In this document: positions 49,928-58,446 of the stretch, piece by piece
Layout of the letters: each line of letters starts with the position of its first letter
Numbering within the stretch: the first letter of the stretch is position 1
DNA from: Candidatus Hodarchaeum mangrovi
Lineage (GTDB): Archaea > Asgardarchaeota > Heimdallarchaeia > Hodarchaeales > Hodarchaeaceae
Direction of reading: 5' to 3'
Assembly: GCA_016839515.1 (NCBI GenBank)
Contig: JAEOUE010000031.1
Location: forward strand, 1 to 58,446
DNA length: 58,446 bases
The notes under the pieces: generated by a model
Told to the model about the DNA's origin: nothing
Database searches by the model: none
What the model saw: the letters and a program-made list of their open reading frames with translations, nothing else
Made by a program: the position numbers and the translations under genes

Positions 49928-51976
49928 ATGGGCGATATTATGTCAGAAGAAACAAAAACAGAGAAAGAAAAAGCAAAGAAATATTATCCCTTACCAGAAT
50001 TAGCAAAGAAAGCACGGATCCCAAATATGGAAGCTTATCAAAAGAAATGGAAAGAATCTGTTGAAGATATTGAAAAATTCTGGGCTGAAGAAGCAAAAAA
50101 GGTAGAATGGTTTTCCCCATACAAACGAGTTTGGACACCTCCTGTAAAAGGTGAATCAGACTTTGTAGGAAAATGGTTTGAAGGTGGTAAACTCAATGTC
50201 ACCTATAACTGCCTTGATAGATGGGTAGAAAAAGGATACGGAGATGAACTTGCTCTAATATGGATGGGTGAAGATGATAGTGTTAGAAAATTTACTTATA
50301 AATCCCTACTAAGTGAAGTGAATAAGGCAGCTAATGCTTTGAAAGAGCTTGGAGTAAAAAAAGGAGACCGAGTTTGCATTTGGTTACCTATGATTGATGT
50401 CCTAGCTACTGTTATGCTAGCATGTGCACGAATTGGTGCTATACATTCTATTGTATTTGGTGGATTTAGTGCGGAATCCGTCAAGGATAGAATTGATGAC
50501 TCTGAATGTAAAGTTTTGGTTGTTTCGGATGAAGTAAGACGAGCAGGTAAAAATCGTCCCATGAAAGACAATTTAAAAGGAATAATTGAAACTTGTGACT
50601 CAATTGAAACAGTGGCTGTAATTAAACTTACTGGAGGGGAAGTTTATCACTATGAAAAGGATGTAGATTTTCTTGCCCTTGCAGAAAATCAATCTGATGT
50701 ATGTAAACCGGAACCCATGGATTCAGAGGATCCTTTATTTATTCTTTACACAAGCGGAACCACTGGAAAACCTAAAGGGGTAGTTCATACTCAAGCAGGT
50801 TATCTTGTATATGGTATCTCTACTAATTATTATGTTTGGGATTACTCGTGTCTTCTTGATCTTAAAGGAGAAACACCTGCAACAAGGGATGTATGGTATT
50901 GCACCGCTGATATTGGTTGGATTACAGGTCACACTGAAATCATCTATGGACCTTTAGCTTTAGGAGCAATTTCAATCTTTTATGAAGGTGTTCCAACTTG
51001 GCCTCATGGAGGACGTTTCTGGGAAATTTGTGAAAAATTTGGTGTCACTCATTTTTATACAGCTCCTACAGCAATACGAGCATTACAAAAACTTGGGAAT
51101 GAAAATGTAACAAAATGGGATCTTTCAAAATTGAAAATGCTAGGTACCGTTGGGGAAGTTTGTAATTGGCCTGAATGGAAATGGTATTGGGACATCGTAG
51201 GCAAAGGAACAAGTGGAGAAAAGCCAGTCGGAAGACCCATTGTTGATAGTTATTGGCAAACTGAAACAGGATCCTATATGATGGTAAACCTAGGCGCTAT
51301 AACTCCTATGAAACCAGGATCATGTACATTCCCGTTCTTTGGCATTAATCCAATTTTATTAGATGAAGAAGGAAATAAAGTAACCAAGCCAAACACCCAA
51401 GCTTATTTCTGTTATGATAAAAGCTGGCCTGGGTTGATGCGAACCGTTTGGAATGACCATGATCGATTCGTCCGTACTTACTTAGTTCAATTCGAAGGCT
51501 ATTATGTCACTGGTGATTATGCTCTTATTGACAAAGAAGGATATTATTTCATTCTTGGTCGCTCTGATGATGTGATCAAAGTTTCTGGTCATCGATTAGG
51601 ATCTGCAGAGGTCGAAGCAGCCATTAATTCCCATCCAAAAGTAGCTGAAAGTGCTGTAATCCCCTATCCTCATCCCGTAAAAGGTTCAACAATTTTTGCA
51701 TATATTACTCTTATGAACGATGACGAAGCTAGTGAAGAAATGAAAAAAGATATTCAAAATCATGTTCGTAGTGTAGCTGGGCCAGCTGTTTATCCAGAGG
51801 TTATTATGTTCTCAAATGCTGTACCTAAAACTCGTTCTGGGAAAATAATGCGACGAGTACTTAAAGCTGTCGCAGAACAGAAGGAGATCGGCAATGTTAT
51901 GACATTAGCAAACCCTGAAGTTGTTGAAGAGCTAATAGCACGACGTAAGATGATGGGTGAAATTAAATTCCAATAA
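49928..51976 (+). CDS. acs: AMP-forming acetyl-CoA synthetase
   Basis: YTSGTTGKPKG, TADIGWITGH, D.YWQTETG, GRSDD, PKTRSGKIMRR. Confidence 0.96.
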   Translation: MGDIMSEETKTEKEKAKKYYPLPELAKKARIPNMEAYQKKWKESVEDIEKFWAEEAKKVEWFSPYKRVWTPPVKGESDFVGKWFEGGKLNVTYNCLDRWVEKGYGDELALIWMGEDDSVRKFTYKSLLSEVNKAANALKELGVKKGDRVCIWLPMIDVLATVMLACARIGAIHSIVFGGFSAESVKDRIDDSECKVLVVSDEVRRAGKNRPMKDNLKGIIETCDSIETVAVIKLTGGEVYHYEKDVDFLALAENQSDVCKPEPMDSEDPLFILYTSGTTGKPKGVVHTQAGYLVYGISTNYYVWDYSCLLDLKGETPATRDVWYCTADIGWITGHTEIIYGPLALGAISIFYEGVPTWPHGGRFWEICEKFGVTHFYTAPTAIRALQKLGNENVTKWDLSKLKMLGTVGEVCNWPEWKWYWDIVGKGTSGEKPVGRPIVDSYWQTETGSYMMVNLGAITPMKPGSCTFPFFGINPILLDEEGNKVTKPNTQAYFCYDKSWPGLMRTVWNDHDRFVRTYLVQFEGYYVTGDYALIDKEGYYFILGRSDDVIKVSGHRLGSAEVEAAINSHPKVAESAVIPYPHPVKGSTIFAYITLMNDDEASEEMKKDIQNHVRSVAGPAVYPEVIMFSNAVPKTRSGKIMRRVLKAVAEQKEIGNVMTLANPEVVEELIARRKMMGEIKFQ

Positions 51977-52114
51977 TTTCCCCTTTTTTTCCATCTATAA
52001 TCTTAATTTTAAGGATTTAGTAATTACACGGTCAAAGAATACGTAATGTATTATTTAAACAAATTTCATCAAACTAATCCTTTATGGCAATCACCAAAAA
52101 GAATTTCCTCGAAT

Positions 52115-52435
52115 TTATCTACTTCTATTCCTTGATATTGATTCTGGGAAAAAGGTGGATATTTTTAACATAAATTCATCAAATGATATGTTTTTAAACC
52201 GTATTACTTTATTCGGTCTTTTTGAACCACTTTCTAACGTAATATCAGTCTTAAATTGTCTTCGAAGGAGTTTTATAATTTCCTTGTTAGCTTTACCTTT
52301 AATTGGAGCTGCTTTAATCTTTATTATCATAAAATCCTGATTAATCTCGATTTCATTTGAAAAATGATGAGTTTTAACTTGAATATTGACCAATAAATCA
52401 TTACCGTCTTTCTTTATCCAAGGAAGGTTTTGCAT
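52115..52435 (-). CDS. DUF167/UPF0235 (YggU) protein
   Basis: IKAAPIKGKANKEII, SG....NK; overlaps upstream gene. Confidence 0.85.
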   Translation of the reverse strand: MQNLPWIKKDGNDLLVNIQVKTHHFSNEIEINQDFMIIKIKAAPIKGKANKEIIKLLRRQFKTDITLESGSKRPNKVIRFKNISFDEFMLKISTFFPESISRNRSR

Positions 52436-54381
52436 TTTGCTCCATTCTTTGAAATTTCAGTAATGGATGAAAATGAAACACGATTTAATGAGAATCGTGA
52501 TTCGATAAGATCAATTGCATTTTTTAGAGATAAATCTTCCTCCATCCAAATAAAATTCAAAAAATACCGTGCAAGATTATTTGGCCATAAACTTTCTTCT
52601 GGAGGGATTGCCAATGCCATTGAAACTCGTCTTTGAAATCGTTCAACATATTGATCAGAAGATTTACGTCCTATTTCCTTTATAAGTTCCACTGAATCTT
52701 TAGCGGTCCATAGGATAAAAAATTCAGCATTATTAACAAAAAATCCGTAAATAATACCTTTATATTTATCATCAATGAAAATAGGTTTGCCAATAAGATA
52801 GCGAAAGGTTTCTGCTATTGAATGGAAATAAACCCCAATCTTTGCTTCAATTTTCCTCTTAAACTTGAAAGCAGCTGAAGGTAGGACAGTATAATAAGAA
52901 CTTACAATTTCATGTGGAGAAATTAAAAATCTTTCTTTGTTATTAATCTTCCATAATGTTTCAGGGCTAAAGACTTCACTTTCACCTATATTAAACTCTT
53001 TAGTAACGTAAATACGGTATTCGGATAGATTTCTCTTTCCCAAGCCTATTAGGAAGATTTCTAGAAGCTTTGAAGGAGGAATTTCGCGTTGGATTATTAA
53101 TGCTTGACCATAAGGGGAAGAAGAAATCACACCTTTAATTATTCCGAAAATTGATCCAGCCATACCAGTTACTAATGAACCAATATCAATTTTACTTACA
53201 TTAATTTTCCCTGGAGCAGGAATCCATGCTGATACTTCCAATTGTATTAAATCCTCAGACTTTACTGCTACATTTTTAGTATTCATTCCCTTAATTGTCC
53301 CATAACTAATGAACATTACTTTAATTAATTCAGGTTTTTCAGGTGGAACTTGGATATTAAGTAGATTTATCCACTTATTAAAAATTGATGGTTGTAAACC
53401 GAATGAGACGGGCACTTCAACTTTTTGAGCTATTAATTCACTAATTTGATGGATAGTCGATGTAGTAATATCTATTCCTGCATTTTTCAATACAGTTTCA
53501 TATTTTTCTTTTAGTTTAGTGGCATCTAGTGGTTTTTCTTTAACAATAGGCAGATAAATAGCATTATTTACTACAATAGGAGGTCTTACTAGTCCAACTG
53601 GTTCCTTTTCTATATAGATAACTTCACCAGTATAGTCCCAAGGTTCATATTCCAGTTTTGAATCGATGGTTTTTCTTGGTTCATCTACAATATCTGTTGA
53701 AATTTCTTTAGTTTTTGAAGAAAAAAGGGGATCTTTTTCTTTTATTGGTTTAATAGGTGGAATAAGCTCATGAAGATCTAATTTCAAATGGTATGATTCT
53801 TTTATTGGAGATATAAGGCTATTCAAGATTTCAATTTCGACTTCATCAATTTCTTCAGGTTTCATTATATCCTTGGTAAGAATAATATTTTCAGAACATC
53901 TCCGCCAAACTTCTTGAAACTCAATTACAAATTCTGTAACCCGTGCATGGGTTGATTCATTTAGAATTATTGTTAAGAATTCGTCCATGTCTAAAAAATA
54001 ACTATGATCTAATATTTTCAAGCTTGTATATTTATGCTTTAACCGATTTTGAACCAGGTTCTCTATTTTCAATAATTGATTCTTTTCATTGACATATTTT
54101 TGCATTAATTCTTTTGTTGTCTCTTTCGATAGGTCTCCTGTATCCCAAGCGTTGGCAGTCTCCTCTATCTGTGATTCCAACTTATTTAATAATTCTTTTA
54201 TTTCATTTATATTTCGATCCAGTTTAATTAACTCAAACATTTCGAGAAAAGGATTTATTGGGAAGTTAGGACTTGATGGTATTAATCTTAAATCTTTGAT
54301 CGAGGTATCAAACGCTGTTTTCGAGATCAAATCATTTTCAAAGAGATTATATAATATATTTTCAAGCTCATTAATATTCAC
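52414..54381 (-). CDS. hypothetical protein: CdvA/SHOCT-like coiled coil plus three PRC-barrel-like repeats
   Basis: L..L.....IS...F and GDLS motifs; three repeats starting (L/Y)(I/T)G..V/I....G.I/V. Confidence 0.6.
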   Translation of the reverse strand: MNINELENILYNLFENDLISKTAFDTSIKDLRLIPSSPNFPINPFLEMFELIKLDRNINEIKELLNKLESQIEETANAWDTGDLSKETTKELMQKYVNEKNQLLKIENLVQNRLKHKYTSLKILDHSYFLDMDEFLTIILNESTHARVTEFVIEFQEVWRRCSENIILTKDIMKPEEIDEVEIEILNSLISPIKESYHLKLDLHELIPPIKPIKEKDPLFSSKTKEISTDIVDEPRKTIDSKLEYEPWDYTGEVIYIEKEPVGLVRPPIVVNNAIYLPIVKEKPLDATKLKEKYETVLKNAGIDITTSTIHQISELIAQKVEVPVSFGLQPSIFNKWINLLNIQVPPEKPELIKVMFISYGTIKGMNTKNVAVKSEDLIQLEVSAWIPAPGKINVSKIDIGSLVTGMAGSIFGIIKGVISSSPYGQALIIQREIPPSKLLEIFLIGLGKRNLSEYRIYVTKEFNIGESEVFSPETLWKINNKERFLISPHEIVSSYYTVLPSAAFKFKRKIEAKIGVYFHSIAETFRYLIGKPIFIDDKYKGIIYGFFVNNAEFFILWTAKDSVELIKEIGRKSSDQYVERFQRRVSMALAIPPEESLWPNNLARYFLNFIWMEEDLSLKNAIDLIESRFSLNRVSFSSITEISKNGAKCKTFLG

Positions 54382-54546
54382 AGTTAGTTATTCCCCAGAT
54401 AATTATATGCTATTTCTAGAAACTAATAAAATTAATACAAATTCTAAGTATTAATTAGTTATTGAACTTAATTAATAAAATTAAATTCACTAGGATTTCT
54501 CATCATTTAGAAAAATCAAGAAAATCGGATTTCAAAGGTTTAAATC

Positions 54547-55560
54547 CTAATTTATATCTTCATTACTCTTTTTCCCAACTAGACTCTCGGGAATCTCAAA
54601 ATCAAATGGAGGTTGTGTTGATACAATTACTTCTCCTTCTTCTGTTATTATAAACGTATTTTCGTGTTGAGCTACGTAACTTCCTTTTTCGTCAGCTAAT
54701 GGAGGGTAAGCTACTGCACCTCCTCCAGTTAGTAACTGTCGAAGGGTAAATCGAACCCTAGATTGATTAAATTCATCGTAAGAGGTTAACCATCTTTCCG
54801 CGAATGGAAGGATTTTATACTTTGAATAGATTGTTGAATAAATTTTCCTGGAAATAGGATTTCTAATAGCAATTCTTTTAGGTAAGAGCATATAGATATA
54901 TTTTGTTCCTGATACTTCATGGATGCTTCCTGATCCAGTAGTAGCAAAAGTTTCTAAAGCGAAAGCTTCACCTTCTTTCAGAGTAGATTCAACAGGATCA
55001 TATGGAATACTCACACTTGGTAATCGTTTTTCACCATGTAGTTCATATCTTCCAAGCTGATGTCCAGTTAATTCCTTGATGGGACGAAAACCATAACTTG
55101 TTATGGTTTCTTCAATTCTTTTTCCAAGGACAGAGGGTAATGTTCCTACCTGTACTATTTCCATCCCTGCCTTATAACCCTCTTCTGCTGCTTTCTGAAG
55201 TTCACTCAGCTCTGGTGATAGAACTAGCGTAATTGCTGTATCTGCAATAAACCCATTTACGTGAACACCAATATCAAACTTCACTACACCTTCTCTTGGA
55301 ATCACGCTTTCATCTCCGAATGGGCTTGAAAAATGTGCTGCTAAATTATTTATTGAAACATTAGTCGGAAAACCATATCCATCAGCTCCCTTTTCCATGA
55401 TTAGTTTTTCAGCAGCTTCACAAATATTAATCACTGGTACTCCAGGTTTTATCATGTCTTTTACTGTATGTAAAACTTCATACGCGATTTTTCCAGCTTT
55501 TCTGTAATAATAAACTTTTTCTTCTACCGTAATTCCTTCTTCAGAGCTCCATTCTGTCAT
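54547..55560 (-). CDS. map: methionine aminopeptidase type II
   Basis: GFPTNVSIN..AAH, D.GVHVNG.IADTA, LTGH, ETFATTG.G, AQHENT. Confidence 0.95.
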   Translation of the reverse strand: MTEWSSEEGITVEEKVYYYRKAGKIAYEVLHTVKDMIKPGVPVINICEAAEKLIMEKGADGYGFPTNVSINNLAAHFSSPFGDESVIPREGVVKFDIGVHVNGFIADTAITLVLSPELSELQKAAEEGYKAGMEIVQVGTLPSVLGKRIEETITSYGFRPIKELTGHQLGRYELHGEKRLPSVSIPYDPVESTLKEGEAFALETFATTGSGSIHEVSGTKYIYMLLPKRIAIRNPISRKIYSTIYSKYKILPFAERWLTSYDEFNQSRVRFTLRQLLTGGGAVAYPPLADEKGSYVAQHENTFIITEEGEVIVSTQPPFDFEIPESLVGKKSNEDIN

Positions 55561-55728
55561 AGAATTCACCTTTTGACTAAAATACGTTGCTCTAGTAATT
55601 ATATGAAAATGTTTTTTATCCCAAAATGAAATGAACCCTTTAAACACTCAAATTTTGAAAATAGTTCTTTAAATAAATACATAATTCTCAACTCCCTGTT
55701 CGAAATTAAATTTATCGGAGCTTTTATA

Positions 55729-56943
55729 ATGATAAATATCAACTTAGAACAAAAAATTGAAGGATTATTAGCACAAAAATATCCTTTAACTACCGAAGAT
55801 ACTGTTAAGGTGGTTTCTGAGTGTGACCAGCTGGGAGAAATACTTGTGGAAAAAACTGTTCCAAATCAGAATTTTTTTACTCGAATTTTACAGCATATTC
55901 GAAACTTCAATAATGCTGAATTCATGTTTCTAAGTGGTAGGTATGATAAAGCTCAAACCTCCTATCTTAAGCTCAAATCTTCTATCTCTGAAACACAATC
56001 AGAGTTTCCTGACCTTTACTCACGATGGTTAAATCATATAAATCGTCTTATTTCAAGGTTAGATGCAAGAGTACAAGAGACACGAGCAGCATCCGCCTTT
56101 AATGAAAATGATATTGTACAAGCTGATGTTTTATACGTTGAAACAGTGAACCGTTACTCTCAAGAATTAAAAGTGGAACAAGAAAATTCAGATTATGATC
56201 ATTATTTTGACACACTTGGAAACATATTCAGGACTACAGGTAAACTCCTATATCTTCGTGGAGTTAATACCAAAAATAAAAAAGAACTATATCAAGCTAT
56301 TAGAAATTTTAAGAAAGCAATTTTCCTTGGTCAACCATATCTTGGAGATCTTATAGGAGAAATATCTAATTTTATTACTCAACTTACTATTTCCCATATT
56401 GAAGACCAAGCTGAAACTTTATTTGTACTGGGTGTACATAATTCTGAATCAGAAAGATTTGTAGAGGCTAAAAACAATTATCATAAATCTGCTCAGTATT
56501 ACCGGTCTTTGAGGAGAATTCATTCAAATTTTGAATTTGAACTACAAGAACAAATTCAATTATCCTCTTATTATGAAGCAGCGGGAAAAAATCTAATGAT
56601 TCATGATAATAATGAACAAGCAGCACTACAATTTTCAAATGCTGCTCAAATTCTACAGCAGGTTGTTCAAAAATTACCTGTTGAAGAATTAAAAGAGAAT
56701 TTTGAACCCCAAATTATTTATTTTGAAGCAATGCAACTTTATTGTCAAGCAGTCAAGGAATATGATGATATGATTCCAGAAGCGATGGATCATTTTACTG
56801 AAGCAAAAAAGAAACTTGAAATTGCACGGGAAAGAGCAACAGAACTTCAAAATACACCTCTCATAAACAATTGTAGTGATGCTTTAAATAAGATTAATTC
56901 TTATCAGGATATTGCTAAAATGATGTTCGAAATGGAAGATTAA
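55729..56943 (+). CDS. TPR-like helical repeat protein
   Basis: All-helical pattern, repeats such as F.EAK..Y.KSA..Y and A..QF..AA. Confidence 0.6.
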   Translation: MININLEQKIEGLLAQKYPLTTEDTVKVVSECDQLGEILVEKTVPNQNFFTRILQHIRNFNNAEFMFLSGRYDKAQTSYLKLKSSISETQSEFPDLYSRWLNHINRLISRLDARVQETRAASAFNENDIVQADVLYVETVNRYSQELKVEQENSDYDHYFDTLGNIFRTTGKLLYLRGVNTKNKKELYQAIRNFKKAIFLGQPYLGDLIGEISNFITQLTISHIEDQAETLFVLGVHNSESERFVEAKNNYHKSAQYYRSLRRIHSNFEFELQEQIQLSSYYEAAGKNLMIHDNNEQAALQFSNAAQILQQVVQKLPVEELKENFEPQIIYFEAMQLYCQAVKEYDDMIPEAMDHFTEAKKKLEIARERATELQNTPLINNCSDALNKINSYQDIAKMMFEMED

Positions 56944-57263
56944 TCCAAATCAGAAGCAAGTTGATCAAGTATGAGATAAGCTTGGAGGACTGGAATAGAT
57001 AATTCACTTGCTAATTCTTCAGCATAAATATCAGGATTATTTGGTAAAATTTTTTGCCTAGTCCATGCAAGATTAGCAGCAAATCCAGGTATCTCCACCA
57101 TCAAAGGCTTTAATAATTCTATAATTTGAGCTTTACTCAGGTCTGTTAATGATTTTGCCTTCTTTCTTCGATCTATAAGAATAGGTTTAGTCTTGTTTGA
57201 TTTTAGCTTAGATTCAGCCTCTGAGGATTTTTTACCCGAAAAAAAACGATTGAGATCAGACAT
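56940..57263 (-). CDS. hypothetical protein with C-terminal HTH-like segment
   Basis: NPDI.AEELASELSIP; GGTG RBS. Confidence 0.6.
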   Translation of the reverse strand: MSDLNRFFSGKKSSEAESKLKSNKTKPILIDRRKKAKSLTDLSKAQIIELLKPLMVEIPGFAANLAWTRQKILPNNPDIYAEELASELSIPVLQAYLILDQLASDLD

Positions 57264-57359
57264 TGATTACACACCATTTAATATTTATAATCTCCTAATA
57301 TTTAAAAAATCTGCTGATTCAGTGGATATCAAGGTTGTTTACTTGAAAAATAAGATAAA

Positions 57360-57704
57360 ATGCGGGGTATTAAAAAATTGACTGAAAATTCAAATGTGTC
57401 TGATCAAAAAAAGTCAGCTGGTGGAGTACGTCGGCTTGTACTTGATGTATTGAAATTACATGATCCTTCGATCGTTTCTTTTGCAATTGCATTGGAACAG
57501 ATAGTAGGCGTAGCTGCTGTTAACTGTACCTTAGTGGAAGTAGATGCAAAGACAGAAAATCTTAAAGTGGTTCTTGAGGGAAGAAATATGGATTATCACT
57601 TAATTTCCAAGACAATTAAAGATCTACATGGATCGATTCATTCAATTGATCAGGTTATTACTGGAAGCAGATTCGTGGAAGCAATTGAAACACCTCAGGA
57701 TTAG
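57360..57704 (+). CDS. DUF211 family protein
   Basis: VRRLVLDVLK.H.P...GSIHSIDQV. Confidence 0.88.
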   Translation: MRGIKKLTENSNVSDQKKSAGGVRRLVLDVLKLHDPSIVSFAIALEQIVGVAAVNCTLVEVDAKTENLKVVLEGRNMDYHLISKTIKDLHGSIHSIDQVITGSRFVEAIETPQD

Positions 57705-57735
57705 CTCCAGATCTGAATCTTAGGGTGTTATAGTA

Positions 57736-58407
57736 ATGACTCAATTAACTGACAAGAAATTCTTACAAATTGCATTTGATATTCCCAATTTCGAGGCTGT
57801 GGAACAGTTATTAAAAAGGATACAATATCACGATAGATTAATTTTAGAGTTGGGAACTCCTCTGATTAAAAATGAAGGATTAACACATCTATTACCTCTT
57901 TTTAGAAAATATTTTCCAATAAATTATGTTGTAGCTGATTTGAAAACGCTAGATGTAGGTAGATTAGAAGTGGAACTCGCATCAATCGCTGGTGCAAATG
58001 GATGTGTGGTTTCAGGATTAGCTCCTAAAGAGACTATTTTAGAATTTGGGAAGGCATGTGAAGAGTTTGGTCTCGATATGTGGATAGATTCCTTAGGTAC
58101 CTCACAAACTTCTTTTCTACGCTTAGTTGATAGTATTAAATCGTTTTTAAAAGTCGTTATAATACACAGAGGGATAGATGAAGAATTGGGAAAGGAAAAA
58201 CGTCAAAACAATGTCAACTGGAATGATATCTTACGGATCAAGAGAATTAATCAAGCTAAAATCGCAGTTGCTGGAGGCATAAATCAGGAGACAGCTCTTA
58301 AAGCAATTCAACAAGGAGCAGATATTGTTATCGTTGGTCGATATGTCTATTCATCAGAAACTCCTCAAAAAGAGATTAATAATCTTCTAGAAATTATTAC
58401 ATTGTAA
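57736..58407 (+). CDS. 3-hexulose-6-phosphate synthase / OMPDC-fold protein
   Basis: LQIAFD, ELGTPLIK, ADLKTLD.G..E, HRGIDE, AVAGGI, IVIVGR. Confidence 0.85.
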   Translation: MTQLTDKKFLQIAFDIPNFEAVEQLLKRIQYHDRLILELGTPLIKNEGLTHLLPLFRKYFPINYVVADLKTLDVGRLEVELASIAGANGCVVSGLAPKETILEFGKACEEFGLDMWIDSLGTSQTSFLRLVDSIKSFLKVVIIHRGIDEELGKEKRQNNVNWNDILRIKRINQAKIAVAGGINQETALKAIQQGADIVIVGRYVYSSETPQKEINNLLEIITL

Positions 58408-58446
58408 GAAGAATCATTTAGTGAACAATTAAATCCTTATTATCTA

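Noticed and set aside
1-58446. CRISPR arrays, IS elements or defence systems
   Set aside because: No regularly spaced direct repeats, terminal inverted repeats, or cas/transposase-like ORFs were seen

Overview
AT-rich archaeal chromosomal window, almost certainly Asgard (inferred from eL22-like and eL38 ribosomal proteins, histone, FtsZ, Urm1-like modifier, eukaryote-like OTC; Heimdallarchaeia/Hodarchaeales is a guess). Mostly housekeeping: exosome/proteasome superoperon, aIF5A-NADK-Nob1, LonB, Trm11, HypA/HypB flanking FtsZ, HDAC, pelota, Pth2, uL16, DnaG, PPAT, site-2 protease, CofE, acs, MetAP2. There is also a 12-kb giant surface protein/DUF4129/DUF4350/MoxR/DUF58 operon. Five tRNAs are present; four carry 29-30 nt introns, three at non-canonical positions. 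The most interesting signals are non-coding. Several intergenic box C/D guide RNAs occur, two predicted to methylate SSU rRNA positions equivalent to conserved eukaryotic sites. A ~300-nt structured RNA between dnaG and coaD has two K-turn-like motifs and a 12-nt antisense to the SSU rRNA 5' end (U3-snoRNA-like hypothesis). A CdvA-like/triple PRC-barrel protein is also notable. No CRISPR array or IS element was seen. All protein and rRNA comparisons are from memory, not database searches.
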